Shown here piece by piece: positions 10,991 through 22,577 of a DNA stretch of 64,000 nt. The stretch is from Candidatus Marinacidobacterales bacterium (GTDB taxonomy: Bacteria > Acidobacteriota > Vicinamibacteria > Marinacidobacterales > DATDRI01), in NCBI GenBank assembly GCA_965219415.1, contig CBDCNP010000002.1, forward strand, positions 5,568,001-5,632,000, in the 5' to 3' direction. Made by a program: the position numbers and the translations under genes. The notes under the pieces were generated by a model. The model had not been told where the DNA came from. It saw only the letters and a list, made by a program, of their open reading frames with translations, and did no database searches. The first letter of the stretch is position 1. Every line of letters begins with the position of its first letter.

Positions 10991-13900
10991 ATGAGGTTTT
11001 TCTACGTTCGAATTCCTATTCTTTTCGCTGTGCTGCTGCTAATGGCAGCACCTCTGGTTTCGGCGCAAGGTATTACCGGTGTTATCGCCGGGACGGTCGC
11101 CGACCAAGGTGGTGCGGTGTTACCTGGTGCGAGTCTGACCGCCAGTAGCCCGGCGCTGGTTCGCGGCAGCGTCACGGTGACGACCGACGCCCAGGGCGCG
11201 TTTCGGATTCCGGGTGTTCAGGCCGGAACCTACCAGGCGATTGTGGGAGCTCTCCGGCTTCGCGACTGAGACGGTGACGGACATCATCGTCACGGTCGGT
11301 ACGACGGTCCGCGTGCAGGTCATCCTCCAACTCGCGGGAGTGGAGGAGACGATCACGGTCATGGCGGACTCGGCACCGGTGCGGGTCAAGGAATCCGGTC
11401 TCGGCGTTCCCATCGACAACACGACCATCGATTCGATTCCGCTCAAGGGCCGTGAGTTCATCGATCTCGTCGAGCTCGTACCGGGTGTGGCCAAGCGTCC
11501 CTCGGCTTCAGACCAGGGGACCTCGTTCACCGTTTTCGGAGAGCGGGCGATCTCGAATTCGTTTCTGATCGACGGCAACGACGCCAACGACCTCTGGACG
11601 CGTGAGGCGGCGGAGTTTTTCGTCCAGGACGCGATCCAAGAGTTCAAGGTCTATCTGGCGGGGTACCCGGCGGAGTACGGCCGGGCTTCTGGTGCGGTGA
11701 CGAACATCGTCACGCGCTCTGGAACGAACCAGGTCGACGCACGGGGCTTCTTCTTCATCCGTAACGATTCGCTGAACTCCTCGAACGTGGAGGGGCAAGA
11801 CCCTCAGGCGCTCGAGCGCATTGAGGTGGGCGGCACCTTGGGCGGTCCCATAAAGTCGGACAAGTCCTTCTTCTTCGATGCGTTTCAGTATGTGAAGGAA
11901 GACCGGGGGTCCAACTTGGACCAGTCGATCCTGACACCGATTCTGCTGTCCGGCTATTTCGCCCCTGCCACGGGGGGGGAGCCTCTGGACGCGGTCCCTC
12001 AGGAAAAGAGGATCACAAACCTCTTCAAGTTCGATCACCGGTTCAATGCCCAGAATCAACTGTTCGTGACCTGGAACCTGAACCGCCGTACGGATAGTGA
12101 CTTCCAACCGGCCGCCAGCGAATTGTTCGCCGGGCCGCCTCCCGGGACGATTACGCTTCCTTCGATCGCTTCGGACATCGACCGGAACACCAAAAGCATC
12201 AACGGACGCCACACCGCTTTTTTCAGCGATACCTCGTTCTTGGAATCCTCGCTCCGCTGGTGGAAGAGCGACTACAAGGAGAACACCGAAAAACCAGCCT
12301 CCGCCGAGTCGCTCGCTCCAATCTTATTCGTTCCCAACTTCCAGATATTCATTTCCAACGCTGGCATTGGCGTCGTCGATCGCGAACAACAGCGGTGGCA
12401 ATGGCAAGAGCATTTCTCCTATTTCGCGGACACCGAAGGGACGGGCACGCACGCCTTTAAGTTTGGACTGGATCTGGATCACGTGTCGATCGATCATTTC
12501 TTCAGTCCGCCCGATTTGATCATCATGGGCAACACCGCCCTCGAGAGCAACTTCGAAAGGCTTGGCTACGACATCAGCGTGCAGATAGGCGGTTCCGTCA
12601 TCGTGGACGGCCAGGGGCCGAACAACGACCGCGCCATCGGCAGCACGGACAATTGGGCGGCGTACGCTCAGGATTCGTGGGAGCCGAAACCTGGGATAAC
12701 GCTTAACCTCGGCGTGCGCTGGGATTACGCGAGCCTTTTCGGGAGCGGTGGCGTTGCGTGGCGGACGGGAATTGCATGGGACTTGAAGAACCAAGGAAGG
12801 ACCATACTCCGTGCCGGCTGGGGTCGCTTCTATGATGTGAGTATTGCCGAGGTGATCGCATTTACGCCGGAGTTGGGCGGGATCCAGTTCGCCGATCTGG
12901 GGGTGCAGAGCATTCCCCGGGGGGCTTCCTTCTACAACAATCCGGCACTAGGCGCGTTCGGGCCCTTGCAGGCGTCGAGCAGCCGGGTGCTCACGAACCC
13001 GTCGCTTTTCGAGCAAATCATGCCAGTTGGCTTTACGCTCACTTCACCGGGCACGTTCACCATCAAGCGCGATGGGGTGACCATGGAAGACTCGGTGATC
13101 AACGGACAGGGCAATCCCTACGTCATCTACGACCTTCTCGGCATCAAGGTCGACGATCCGACGCTTCCCCCAGTGCTGACTTACGACAGCATTCCCGAGC
13201 TCACCGGGGGGAGGCTCTCACCGGAAGAAGCGGTGGCCATTCTCAATGACGCCTTTCCCCACCCGTTCGGCCTAGGCGAGCAGTTCACGTTTCTCGATCA
13301 GAGAGGGGACGCCAGTATCGTCAACAACCGTCCGTTGGCGTTCTTGTTCCGGCAGCTCGACGTCGAGGTGACGCGCATCACGACGCTATCGGACGACCAT
13401 ACACTGCCATACACCGATGCCTTGAACTTCGGAGTCGAGCAGGCCCTCACCGACGACTTCACCATCGACGCCGAGGTTCACATCCGACGTTCGAAGAACC
13501 TTCTGTCGCGTCGGGTGGTGAACCTGCTCCCCGCGCCCATCGCGGGAAGCTGCACCCTGAACACAATCGATGGTCCCGGGCCTTGTCTCAGTGAGATCGA
13601 GAACCTCGGGTTCCTGGATACCAATGCTTTTACCCTCGCTTTGCAGAAGCGCTTCCGCCAGAACTACAACTTCTTGCTGAGCTATACGTTCACTGACGCG
13701 ACCGACAACTTCTCGACGTTGAGAGTTCCCCCGCGCGGAGCGGAGATCAGCTTTTTGTTCAACAACTTTCCGGAACGCGACATCGGCCGGAGCCTGAACG
13801 CGCCTGAGCACGTCATGGTCTTCAGCGGTCTCTATCGTCTGCCGGCTGGCTTCGACATTTCGGGTGTGTTGAACTACCAGTCGGGACGCCCGTTCAATGC

Positions 13901-14234
13901 GGCGGGGCTTCCGTTCGACACCGACGGCGACGACATCTTCGATAACCGTCTCATCGAAACCGAGAAGGGTCAGTTCCAAGGGCCTGACTTCTTCAACATC
14001 GATTTCCGGATCGCTTGGAATCTCCCGTTCGGTGAAGGGAACACCTTCACGGCATTGATCGAGTTCTTCAACCTGACGAATCGTGCGAACCCGTTCGTGT
14101 TGAACTCGACCTGTCAGGACTCGACCGGCGACAGCCTGCCCGACCCCGGCGGATGTGCTGGTGATGTCTTCGGCAGTACCGTCGAGCCCTTCCCGGGTCG
14201 CGAGATCCAGATCGGTTTCAAGGTCGACTTTTAA
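10991..14234 (+). CDS. Oar-like TonB-dependent receptor with carboxypeptidase-regulatory N-domain; one frameshift near 11245
   Basis: signal peptide and GTVADQGGAVLPGA from ATG 10991; continues in ORF 11214-14234 (AEYGRASG..VTRSGTN; C-terminal IGFKVDF). Confidence 0.85.
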
Positions 14235-14317
14235 CAGGCTAGGGAGGTTTAGGTAGTCTTACGTCTGAGAAAGGGGGGGAGCAAGCTCGCTCCTCCCGAA
14301 ATCAATCGCAGCTCCGA

Positions 14318-14359
14318 GGCCGGCTGCGGACTTAATCGCCGCGGCCGGTCTTTTTTCTT
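14318..14359 (+). terminator. rho-independent terminator-like hairpin
   Basis: GGCCGGCTGCGG-9nt-CCGCGGCCGGTC followed by TTTTTTCTT. Confidence 0.65.
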
Positions 14360-14375
14360 GTAAAGGCTCGTACCA

Positions 14376-15674
14376 TTGTCCCTGAAAGCGGAATCTTTCG
14401 GTGTCGACGCCGTTCCCGCCGCTCACCGCACCCGGGGTTGGTTCTCGCTTTTCGCTATGTATGCGGGAATCAACGTTTGCCTGCCTATGATGATGATGGG
14501 GGGAATTCTGCTCCCCGGCCTTTCCTTCAAGCAAGCGGTCCTGGTGGGTCTCATCGGAAATACCGTGGCCGCCGCGATCATTAGCTTGACTGGCTACCCC
14601 GGAGCGGATCATGGTCTGCCCGCGACGGTGCTCACCCGTTCATCCCTGGGGTTTCCTTCGGGAACTTGGATCGCATCGCTGGCGATCACGGTTTCCGGGG
14701 TCGGCTGGTTCGCGTTTCAGGCGGAGCTCGCAGGTTTGGCCGCGGACGGCGTGGTGGAGCGGATGACCGGCTTCTCTTCGCCGATTCTCATGATATCCGT
14801 CATGGGGGCGCTCAACGTGGTCATCGCGGTCATGGGCTTCGGCTGGATTCAAAGGCTGGCCACCTGGTCGGTGCCGGCTCTACTCGTTCTCTGCAGTCTC
14901 TTGTTCTGGAAGATCGTCTTGGATCATCCGTTCCGGGAGCTCATCAATCGGCCGGGCGACGGGAGCCTGACCCTTCTGGCCGGAATGAACATCATGGTGT
15001 CGGGCCAGTTCGCGGCCGCTTTCACTTCGTCCGATCTCTCTCGTTACTCGAAAGATCATCGATCGATATGGCTCGGGATTTGGTCCGGGATCGTGCCGGT
15101 CTCGGCCTTCATGATCGGCCTCGGCGCACTTTCTCGCCTGGTCAGCGGAGAGTGGAATCCGGTGTTGGGCGTTCAACAACTTGGTCTTGGAATACCGGCG
15201 CTGGTGCTCATCATCTTCGCGACTTGGACGACGAACGACAAGAACTTGTACTCGGGTGGGTTAGCTTTGACGAATGTTTTCCCCGGCCGCTCCCGTTGGC
15301 TTCACACCTTGATCCTGGGCACCCTGGGCACGGCGCTCGGCTGCGTGGGCGTGACGCGTTACCTAGCGGAATTCCTCGTAACCGTGGGGGCTATGTTTGC
15401 GCCCCTGGTGGGCGTCGTGATCGCGGATTATTTCTTGGTACGACGTCGGCTCCCCGCCATGCAGGATCTTTACAATAAGGATGGGCGTTATCGATACACC
15501 CGCGGGGTGAATCTGGCGGCCCTCGTTGCTCTGGCGGCGGGGGTGGTGGCTGGCCGTCTCGCGCCACCCGAGATGATCCAGCCTCTAGTGTCACTCTTCG
15601 TGACGATGGTGGCCTATATCGGTGCGATGAGGCTGCTCTACCCGCTCCAGTTTCATGAGGAGGCTTCCACATGA
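14376..15674 (+). CDS. NCS1 / cytosine-purine permease family transporter
   Basis: 12 TM; GADHGLPATVLTRSSLG, SDLSRYS and WTTNDKNLYSGG motifs. Confidence 0.85.
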   Translation: MSLKAESFGVDAVPAAHRTRGWFSLFAMYAGINVCLPMMMMGGILLPGLSFKQAVLVGLIGNTVAAAIISLTGYPGADHGLPATVLTRSSLGFPSGTWIASLAITVSGVGWFAFQAELAGLAADGVVERMTGFSSPILMISVMGALNVVIAVMGFGWIQRLATWSVPALLVLCSLLFWKIVLDHPFRELINRPGDGSLTLLAGMNIMVSGQFAAAFTSSDLSRYSKDHRSIWLGIWSGIVPVSAFMIGLGALSRLVSGEWNPVLGVQQLGLGIPALVLIIFATWTTNDKNLYSGGLALTNVFPGRSRWLHTLILGTLGTALGCVGVTRYLAEFLVTVGAMFAPLVGVVIADYFLVRRRLPAMQDLYNKDGRYRYTRGVNLAALVALAAGVVAGRLAPPEMIQPLVSLFVTMVAYIGAMRLLYPLQFHEEAST

Positions 15675-15963
15675 CCGTACTGACCAACGCACGGATCCTC
15701 GATGTTCGGGAGGGCGTCTTCAAGGAGGGATCGCTGACCCTCGGCGACGGCAAGATCGCTTCTATCGATCATGCGGCTGGTGCCGCAGGTGCCGCAAATG
15801 TTGGAGACGCGATCGATCTTGAAGGGGCCTACCTACTGCCCGGCATCATCACTTGTCATACCCATCTATCCATCGTCTTCCCTTTTCATGAAACGGACGA
15901 AAACGAGAGCCCGGCGATCACCGCGCTGCGGTGTCAGAAGAGGGCAAATGACGCACTCCAAGC
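15671..15963 (+). pseudogene. amidohydrolase family protein, 3'-truncated by IS1
   Basis: IDLEGAYLLPGIITCHTHL metal-binding HxH; IS TIR starts at 15964; remainder absent from the window. Confidence 0.85.
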
Positions 15964-17164
15964 GGTGCTTCCGCCATCAAGTGTTGCTACGCGGCTGCGG
16001 GCAGTGGTACAGGTGCGGAAGAGAGCGGGTTGCGCGCCCCAGTGAGCAGGAAAACCTCGATCCGCAACCACAAAGGAATCGTCGTCGCCAAGAAGATGTC
16101 TCGAAAGGTGAGCCGTCGCGTGGTGAGACCGGCTTGCATAGCCGGAGTTCGGATCTCACGTCCGAACTTCAGAGCTCCGTGCGGTCGGACGAAGTTGTAA
16201 TAGCAACGGAGCAACTCCAGGTGCTCATCGAGCCTCTCCGTCGAGCGAGCGTGGGAAAGTGTTCGTCTTGAAAGGTATGCCGAGCTTTGCCGGATGGTCA
16301 GATTCAACCGCTCGATGAACGAGGTGTTCAATGTCGAGGAGTCCTCGGAGTTATTGAGCGCGTCTTCGAATCGCCACGCGGCTCCGTGCAGCGCTCTCCG
16401 TTCGACCTTGATGATACGATCGTTCCTGCGCGTCTTGAGGACCTGGCCGTAAAGACACGCTGGACCGAAGAAGCGACGGGTTGACCTTCTGGTAGAATTC
16501 GAATCCATCCGTGACGATCAGGGGAAGACATCCGAAATTCATCCGCTTCGAAAGGTCGCGAAACAGAGCGTGAGTGTTCCGGTAGCTTCGCCTTCCCGTC
16601 ACCGTCGATGGCCAGAGCCGAGACCAGACTTCGATTGTAACGAAGACCCAACTCGGTGTCTTCTTGTTGCCCGCGAACGTGCGAATCTCGTCGGCTTGAA
16701 GCTCTTCGGCAGCGAAGCCAGCGATCCTTGTGTGGTTGAATCGACGACACACTTGGGCTGCCTTCTCGAGCCAGCGGGCGACGGTGTTCCAGGCAATCCC
16801 TTTGGTCCGGGAAATCGAGGAAATGCTGACACCCTCGACTCTGAGAGCGGTGACCCCATCGAAAGTAGCTCTTCGATGTTGGAGACGGTAGTAGGGCGTG
16901 CCTTTCGTCGAGGAGAACGTCTTTCCGCACTCGCCGCACCGGTATCGACGGAGTTTCCCGGACCTCGTTCTGTAGAATCCGTTGTGAATAATGCTTCTGG
17001 AACCGACTGTTCCATACGACGAACATGCGGGATTGAGGCATCTGCGATTCTTCACTTCGGCTCGGCCCTGACGATGAGAGAACTGTGTCTTCGGAATTCT
17101 GGTTCAAACTCTAGCACGCAGACCGGTTAGGGGCTGGCCGCCAACACTTAATTGCGGAAGCACC
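15964..17164 (-). mobile_element. IS1-family element, transposase frameshifted near 16480
   Basis: both TIRs present; ORFs 16351-17055 and 15987-16508 are the two halves. Confidence 0.9.
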
Positions 17165-17203
17165 GGTGAAAGACTGTGCGAGCCAATACAAGGCCGCAAG
17201 TGC

Positions 17204-17369
17204 GGTGCTTGCGCTGTTTACTGTTGGTAATGTGTACGCATCCCTTTGCAAAAAAGGCGCTTACGCTCCATTTAGCTCGCAGCGAAGGTCACGAGCGCTA
17301 TTTTGGCTGTAATTTGATGCACTGTAAAGTCTTAGCGTCATCTCACCAACACTTGATGGCGGAAGCACC
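17204..17369 (+). repeat. ~165-bp IS1-type MITE
   Basis: GGTGCTTGCGC...CAACACTTGATGGCGGAAGCACC. Confidence 0.9.
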
Positions 17370-17576
17370 GCCAAAAGGTTCAAGAAAGTCGAGTCCGCCA
17401 CTGCGACAATCTTCAAACTGCTTCTGGTTGCGGAGAAGAATTTTCGCCGGCTCAACGCACCGGAGCTGATGCGAGAGGTTCACCTGGGCGTTCGATTTGA
17501 AGATGGAGACAGGGTAACGGAGTCGTCGAAGGTTGCTGCTGCCTGAACTTTTTTACACACCTATTGACAAGAGCTC
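17370..17576 (+). mobile_element. IS256 right-end fragment
   Basis: reverse complement of 40580-40787 ending CCTATTGACAAGAGCTC. Confidence 0.9.
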
Positions 17577-17592
17577 TTCGCTCGCAACCTAT

Positions 17593-17858
17593 TGTGTGCT
17601 TCGCAAAAACTCGATCCGTCGTTGATTCCGCAGTTTAGACCTGCCAGGATTGGCCGTTTCGTGGCGAACGGATGACGTGATCCGACGTCATTGTAACCGT
17701 GGAAAGGTGCAGTCTTGCGTCTGCTCTCGAATATTGTGCCCGCTTTCGTCAACGCCCTCGCGTTCGCTCGGAATCTTGTCCGTTCGCAGGGTGCCCTCGC
17801 CGCCGAGAATCTCTTTCTCCGTAAGCAGCTCACCTTTTTTGTCGAGCGTGAGCAGACG
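17593..17858 (+). mobile_element. left end and 5' transposase codons of rve element type E
   Basis: TGTGCTTCGCAAAAACTCGATCC...; LAAENLFLRKQL; also at 55457-55874 and 60318-60533. Confidence 0.8.
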
Positions 17859-17889
17859 CCTGTGCCTTCTATTTATTCATCCGCGTGAT

Positions 17890-18035
17890 GGAGATCACGG
17901 ATATACTCATCCAGAACGTGCCCCTGGAGGACGTGCAGTATCTGGCCGGACACTCCAACCCCTCGGGCCACACAGATCTATGACCGGCGTAGACAGCACG
18001 TCACTCGCAACATCGTGGAGCGTGTCTCGATATGA
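17890..18035 (+). pseudogene. tyrosine recombinase C-terminal fragment
   Basis: reads VPLEDVQYLAGHSNP/..TQIYDRRRQHVTRNIVERVSI* (box II His and catalytic Tyr) across one frameshift; preceded by a short type C end at 17859-17886. Confidence 0.65.
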
Positions 18036-18589
18036 AAGAAGGACCAGGGAAGAGAGACATCCTTTCGAGGCCTGCTAGCAAGAAAGCCGCTGCACGGCCT
18101 CGTTCGGCTCCCCGCAATGAACCCAAGCCGGTGCCGGTTCCTCTGCCCGAAGGTGTCCGCCACCAGCGGGCGGGTAAAACGACGGAACGTTCCGCGCATC
18201 TCGAAAAACTCAAACAACTCTTCGAGGCGGCTCCGATCAGCCGCTACCTGGGCATGACACTCAGCTATTGCGAGAACGGCGTGGTGCGCGTGCGTTTGCC
18301 GTTTCGGGCCGAGTTCGAAGAAAGGCATGGCGTCATCCACGGGGGTCTCATCGGTCTGCTGGCGGACACGGCGGGCAACTTCGCGGTGGGTTCGGTCTCG
18401 CCGGGCTCCACGGTCAAGACGGTGGAGTTCAAGATGAGCTTGCTGGCGGGAGTCCAGGGAGACCTGCTCGCCATCGGAGAGGTCGTCCGCAAGGGACGCT
18501 CGCTCGCCACCTGCCGGCTCGAGGTCGTTGGGGGCAACGACCATGTGGTGGCCATCGGGCTGGCCACTTATGCCCTCCAGGCTGTTTAG
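18032..18589 (+). CDS. PaaI-family hotdog thioesterase
   Basis: HGVIHGGLIGLLADTA and VVRKGRSL motifs. Confidence 0.85.
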   Translation: MKEGPGKRDILSRPASKKAAARPRSAPRNEPKPVPVPLPEGVRHQRAGKTTERSAHLEKLKQLFEAAPISRYLGMTLSYCENGVVRVRLPFRAEFEERHGVIHGGLIGLLADTAGNFAVGSVSPGSTVKTVEFKMSLLAGVQGDLLAIGEVVRKGRSLATCRLEVVGGNDHVVAIGLATYALQAV

Positions 18590-18654
18590 CCATCTGCACC
18601 TGCTTGTTGCAGTCCAGGCGGGTCTTGAGTTCGTTTGTGTTTTTGGACACGACG

Positions 18655-19094
18655 CCTTATAGGCTCCGGGAGTCTCGTCGAGAACCCTCACGTCCTTGCG
18701 GCACTCGACCCCGGCTGTCGCCGCGGCGTGATCGTCTAGAGTGAAGCGCTTCTTGGCTTCGTTGCGGGACATGACGCGCCCGGCACCGTGACTGCACGAC
18801 TCGAAGCTCTCACGGTTTCCTTTCCCCCGGACGATATAGGAGCGCGCCCCCATGCTTCCGGGAATGATGCCCAGGTCGCCCCGCCCCGCCCAGCCCGCAC
18901 CGCACCCTTCCGCGTGACAAAAACCTCCGACCCGTAATGGTGCTCCTTCGCGACGTAGTTGTGGTGGCAATTGACGACTTCTTTCTTGAGCCGAAACGCG
19001 GGCACGAGGCCGGTATCGTGAACCGCCTCGACGATCGCCTCCATCATCAGTCGACGATTCGTCGCCGCGTAGCGCTGGGCCCAATCGATGGCGA
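18655..19094 (-). pseudogene. rtcB: RtcB RNA ligase internal fragment
   Basis: NCHHNY, TRKGA, IPGSMG, SCSHGAGR and DETPGAYK motifs; cut by a type D end (18621-18654) and the MITE at 19095. Confidence 0.9.
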
Positions 19095-19338
19095 GGTGCT
19101 TCCGCCATCAAGTGTTGCTACGCCGTGTTTGAATGCTAATGTCAGCTGGCCTGCCTGTGTCGGCGAACGCCATCAATAAGGATGTCGGCGTGCACACGAA
19201 GGTGTCCCTGAACGTCAGGCACCGTGTGGTCAGCCCAGCCCGCATCGCCGAAAGAACTGCGTCTCCAGAAATCAGGCTCAAACTCTAGCACACGAGCGGG
19301 TTACGCGGCAGCCACCAACACTTGATTGCGGAAGCACC
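19095..19338 (-). mobile_element. ~240-bp IS1-derived MITE (internal deletion derivative)
   Basis: both IS1 TIRs; keeps AMRAGLTTRCLTFRD transposase tail. Confidence 0.85.
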
Positions 19339-19574
19339 GTTGACACGCACAAGTACGTGCAGGCGACGAGGGTGTGATCCGCAAAAGGAAGATCGCGTAT
19401 TGATGGGCTGTCCACCCTCTCCCAAAGGGAGAGGGATAAAGGATAGAAGCCAAGCGATTGCGCATCGACGCGCGTCATACCAAAATGCTAGGCCTTCTCC
19501 AAACGGGGCTCCTCTACCCCGGGAGCCCGCATCAGGTGATAGGCTTGGCAATCGAAATATGGAGGTCTAACCAT

Positions 19575-21206
19575 ATGCGCACAGTCGCCACCTTGGTCTG
19601 CCTATTGTTCGGCGTCATCGCCATCGCGTGTCAAGAATCATCCCAAGAGCCGCATTCCGATGCGATCAACGCCGAGTCCCTTATGAACCGAATCCAGCTC
19701 CTCTCCTCGGATGCGTTCGAGGGGCGGGCTCCCGGCTCGGCGGGTGAGGAAAAAACCGTCGAGTATCTCATCGAGAGCTTCCGCTCATTCGGACTAGCTT
19801 CCGGCAGTCCCGATGGAAGCTTCATCCAGCAAGTTCCGTTGGTGAGCTTGACGCCGACCACGCTCAATCCTGTTGTGGTGAAGAAGGGAACGGTCACGGC
19901 CGAGCTGGAGCCCAAAGTGGATATTGCGGCAAGTACTCAGCGCGTGGAAGAGCGTGTCGAAGCGGAAGGTGAGCTCGTCTTTGTGGGCTACGGCACCTTG
20001 GCTCCCGAATACGAGTGGGACGACTTCAAAGGCTTGGACGTCTGCGACAAAATCCTGCTCGTCTTGGTAAATGACCCACCCGGCGAGGACATCTTTGGTG
20101 GCAAGGCAATGACGTACTACGGTCGTTGGAGCTACAAGTTCGAGATCGCCGCTGAACTCGGCGCAGCAGGTGCCTTCGTAATCCACGAGACCGAGCCAGC
20201 CGGCTATCCCTGGGAAGTGATCGCCGACTCGGGTTCCGAGAATTTCGTCTTGGCCACAACCGGTGACACCGGAGACCTGCTTGCTGCAGAAGGGTGGATC
20301 CACGTCGATGCGACGCGTCAGGTCTTCGAGATGGCAGGGTTGAACTTCGACGAGATGAAGCAGGCGGCGACCGGTCGTTCCTTTGAGCCCGTCGCTCTTG
20401 GAGTCACCATGAGCGTGGCGCTTCAGAATTCGATCCGAAAGCTCGAGTCAGCCAACGTTGTGGCGAAGCTTCAGGGCTCGCTGTCGCCCGACGAATGGAT
20501 CATCTACGCCGCCCACTGGGATCACATGGGGATCGATCTCGAGCTAGCCGGGGACAACATCTATAACGGCGCCCTCGATAACGCCAGCGGAACGGCCGGC
20601 CTACTGGAGATTGCCCAAGCGTTCGGAAGGCTCGACCAAGCCCCGGCTCGGAGTCTCCTCTTTCTTGCGGTTACCGCAGAAGAACAGGGCCTCCTCGGCT
20701 CATTACACTATTCTCGCAATCCGCTTTATCCGCCCAAGGACACCGTCGCGGTCATCAACATGGACGGGCTCAACCTACTGGGGCCGACACAGGATATAAC
20801 CGTCGTGGGAATGGGGCAATCGGCGTTGGACGACCTCGCCACGAGGCTCGCTTCACAACAAGGCCGCATCTTGCGCGCGGACCCGGAGCCCGAAAAAGGC
20901 TACTACTATCGATCCGATCACTTCGAGTTCGCGAAGGTCGGCATTCCTGCTTTTTACCCTAACGCGGGCATCGAGTTTATCAACCAGCCGGAAGGTTGGG
21001 GTATCGAGATGCGGGAGAAGTACGTCAGCGAGGACTATCACAAGCCCTCGGACGAGGTGAAGGACTACTGGGATCTATCGGGGGCTGTAGAAGATCTGGA
21101 GCTCTTCTACCTCATGGGGTACGAGCTGGCCACCGGCACGGAGTGGCCGGAGTGGAGCGAGAAGAGCGAGTTCCGAGCGACCAGAGAAAAACAGCGCAGC
21201 CCCTAG
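19575..21206 (+). CDS. M28 family peptidase with PA domain, lipoprotein
   Basis: GGAGG RBS; IAIAC lipobox; AHWDH, GALDNASG, TAEEQG, NMD, RSDH and YHKPSD motifs. Confidence 0.9.
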   Translation: MRTVATLVCLLFGVIAIACQESSQEPHSDAINAESLMNRIQLLSSDAFEGRAPGSAGEEKTVEYLIESFRSFGLASGSPDGSFIQQVPLVSLTPTTLNPVVVKKGTVTAELEPKVDIAASTQRVEERVEAEGELVFVGYGTLAPEYEWDDFKGLDVCDKILLVLVNDPPGEDIFGGKAMTYYGRWSYKFEIAAELGAAGAFVIHETEPAGYPWEVIADSGSENFVLATTGDTGDLLAAEGWIHVDATRQVFEMAGLNFDEMKQAATGRSFEPVALGVTMSVALQNSIRKLESANVVAKLQGSLSPDEWIIYAAHWDHMGIDLELAGDNIYNGALDNASGTAGLLEIAQAFGRLDQAPARSLLFLAVTAEEQGLLGSLHYSRNPLYPPKDTVAVINMDGLNLLGPTQDITVVGMGQSALDDLATRLASQQGRILRADPEPEKGYYYRSDHFEFAKVGIPAFYPNAGIEFINQPEGWGIEMREKYVSEDYHKPSDEVKDYWDLSGAVEDLELFYLMGYELATGTEWPEWSEKSEFRATREKQRSP

Positions 21207-21229
21207 TGGGCATTGTCAAGTTTTTCACG

Positions 21230-22002
21230 GCCTGACGGCCACCCCGAATGAATGAAACGCGGTAGTCTCTGGAGGTGGCACCGGCTCAGAGGTCGGCTCA
21301 ACGTTGGTGCGACTGAGCCCGTTGTCAAGTTTGGCTGGGAGTCCTGCGCGTACCCCCGATTGCGTTTTCTATCCAGCTGGGATTGTTGAGCGCGTCTATT
21401 AGATTACAAGTTCGTGGGCTCCACGCCGGTGCGACGTGAAGGAGGCTGCGATGAGAGTGGTTCATAAGCGATGCGCCGGATTGGACGTCCACCAGAAATC
21501 GATTACGGCTTGCGTGCGGGTTGCGTCGAAGCGGAAGGTGGTGCGCGAGACGCGTGTGTTCGGTACAGCCACGAGCGAATTGCTGGAAATGGCAGATTGG
21601 CTGGGGCAGAGCGGTTACACGATTGTAGCGATGGAAGTGACCGGAGTGTATTGGAAGCCGGTGTGGCATGTGCTCGAAGGTCATTTCGAGTTGGTGTTGG
21701 CACAACCGGCCCACGTCAAGAACATGCCGGGTCGTAAGAGCGATATCAGTAATGCCTTCTGGATAGCGGATCTGCTTGCCCATGGTCTCATTCGTGCTAG
21801 CTTCGTTCCGCCAACACCGATCCAGGAACTGCGAGAGCTGACCCGAACGCGAAAGCAGTTCCTTCGAGAAATCGCTCGAGAGACCCAACGGATTCAAAAG
21901 ACGTTGGAAGATGCGAACATCAAATTGACGAGCGTGATGAGCAGCATTTTAGGAGTAAGCGGGCGAGCGATTATCCGAGGGATTATTGCGGGAGAAAGCG
22001 AC
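21230..22002 (+). mobile_element. IS110-family element, 3'-truncated (transposase from 21451), with upstream non-coding region
   Basis: CAGLDVHQK, VAMEVTGVYW and PGRKSD RuvC-like motifs; left boundary approximate. Confidence 0.8.
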
Positions 22003-22127
22003 CCCGTCCTGTGCCAAAACTCGGCTCTTTTGAAAGAAACCACAAATCAGCAGCTTAGTGTCTGTGTTTGCGACCGGGCCAAGGCGGCGCAAGGGTCTTG
22101 GGTTCGTTTGTGTTTTTGGACACGACG
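22003..22127. mobile_element. ~125-bp hybrid miniature element (type B end + type D end)
   Basis: CCCGTCCTGTGCCAAAA...GTTTTTGGACACGACG; second copy at 26321-26446. Confidence 0.8.
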
Positions 22128-22135
22128 TGTTCTGA

Positions 22136-22577
22136 CTAATGCTCGAGTGTTTTGAGCATCGCTTCCCACTCGGCCTCAAGCTCGAAGAAGCCTTGCCCGA
22201 ACGCAGAGCGGGCAGCAGCATCAATGCCGACTTTCTCTGCCCGCTGAAGGAAACGCCACAGACGCTGCATCCCCTGCCTCTCGAAGAGGTATTGGACGAA
22301 AGAGCTGAACAATTGGAACTGGATCTCATCGGTAGCGCGTTTGGAGGCCTGACGGAGATGGGTCAGCGCAGTGGCAGCTCTCTGATGGAGAGAGGCAATG
22401 GATCGGTTCGAGAACCAGATGAAGGTGGTGAGACCTCCGCGGAGCCATTTCATATTCACTGGGAAACCCTGCGGTCCGCCGAGTACCGGTCCGAGCTCGC
22501 CTATCGAAACAGAAGGGGCGTTTTTCACCGGTCCATCTCCTTTGTCTGTCAAACAGATCCCTCGGAAACTCCGACAT
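22136..22577 (-). pseudogene. degraded hypothetical gene, peptidase-like C-terminus
   Basis: SFVQYLFERQG...AFGQGFFELEAEW; frame broken upstream. Confidence 0.35.

Noticed and set aside
17890-18035. Integron (integrase plus attC cassettes)
   Set aside because: Only a short tyrosine-recombinase tail is present, and I saw no recurring attC-type hairpins between cargo genes
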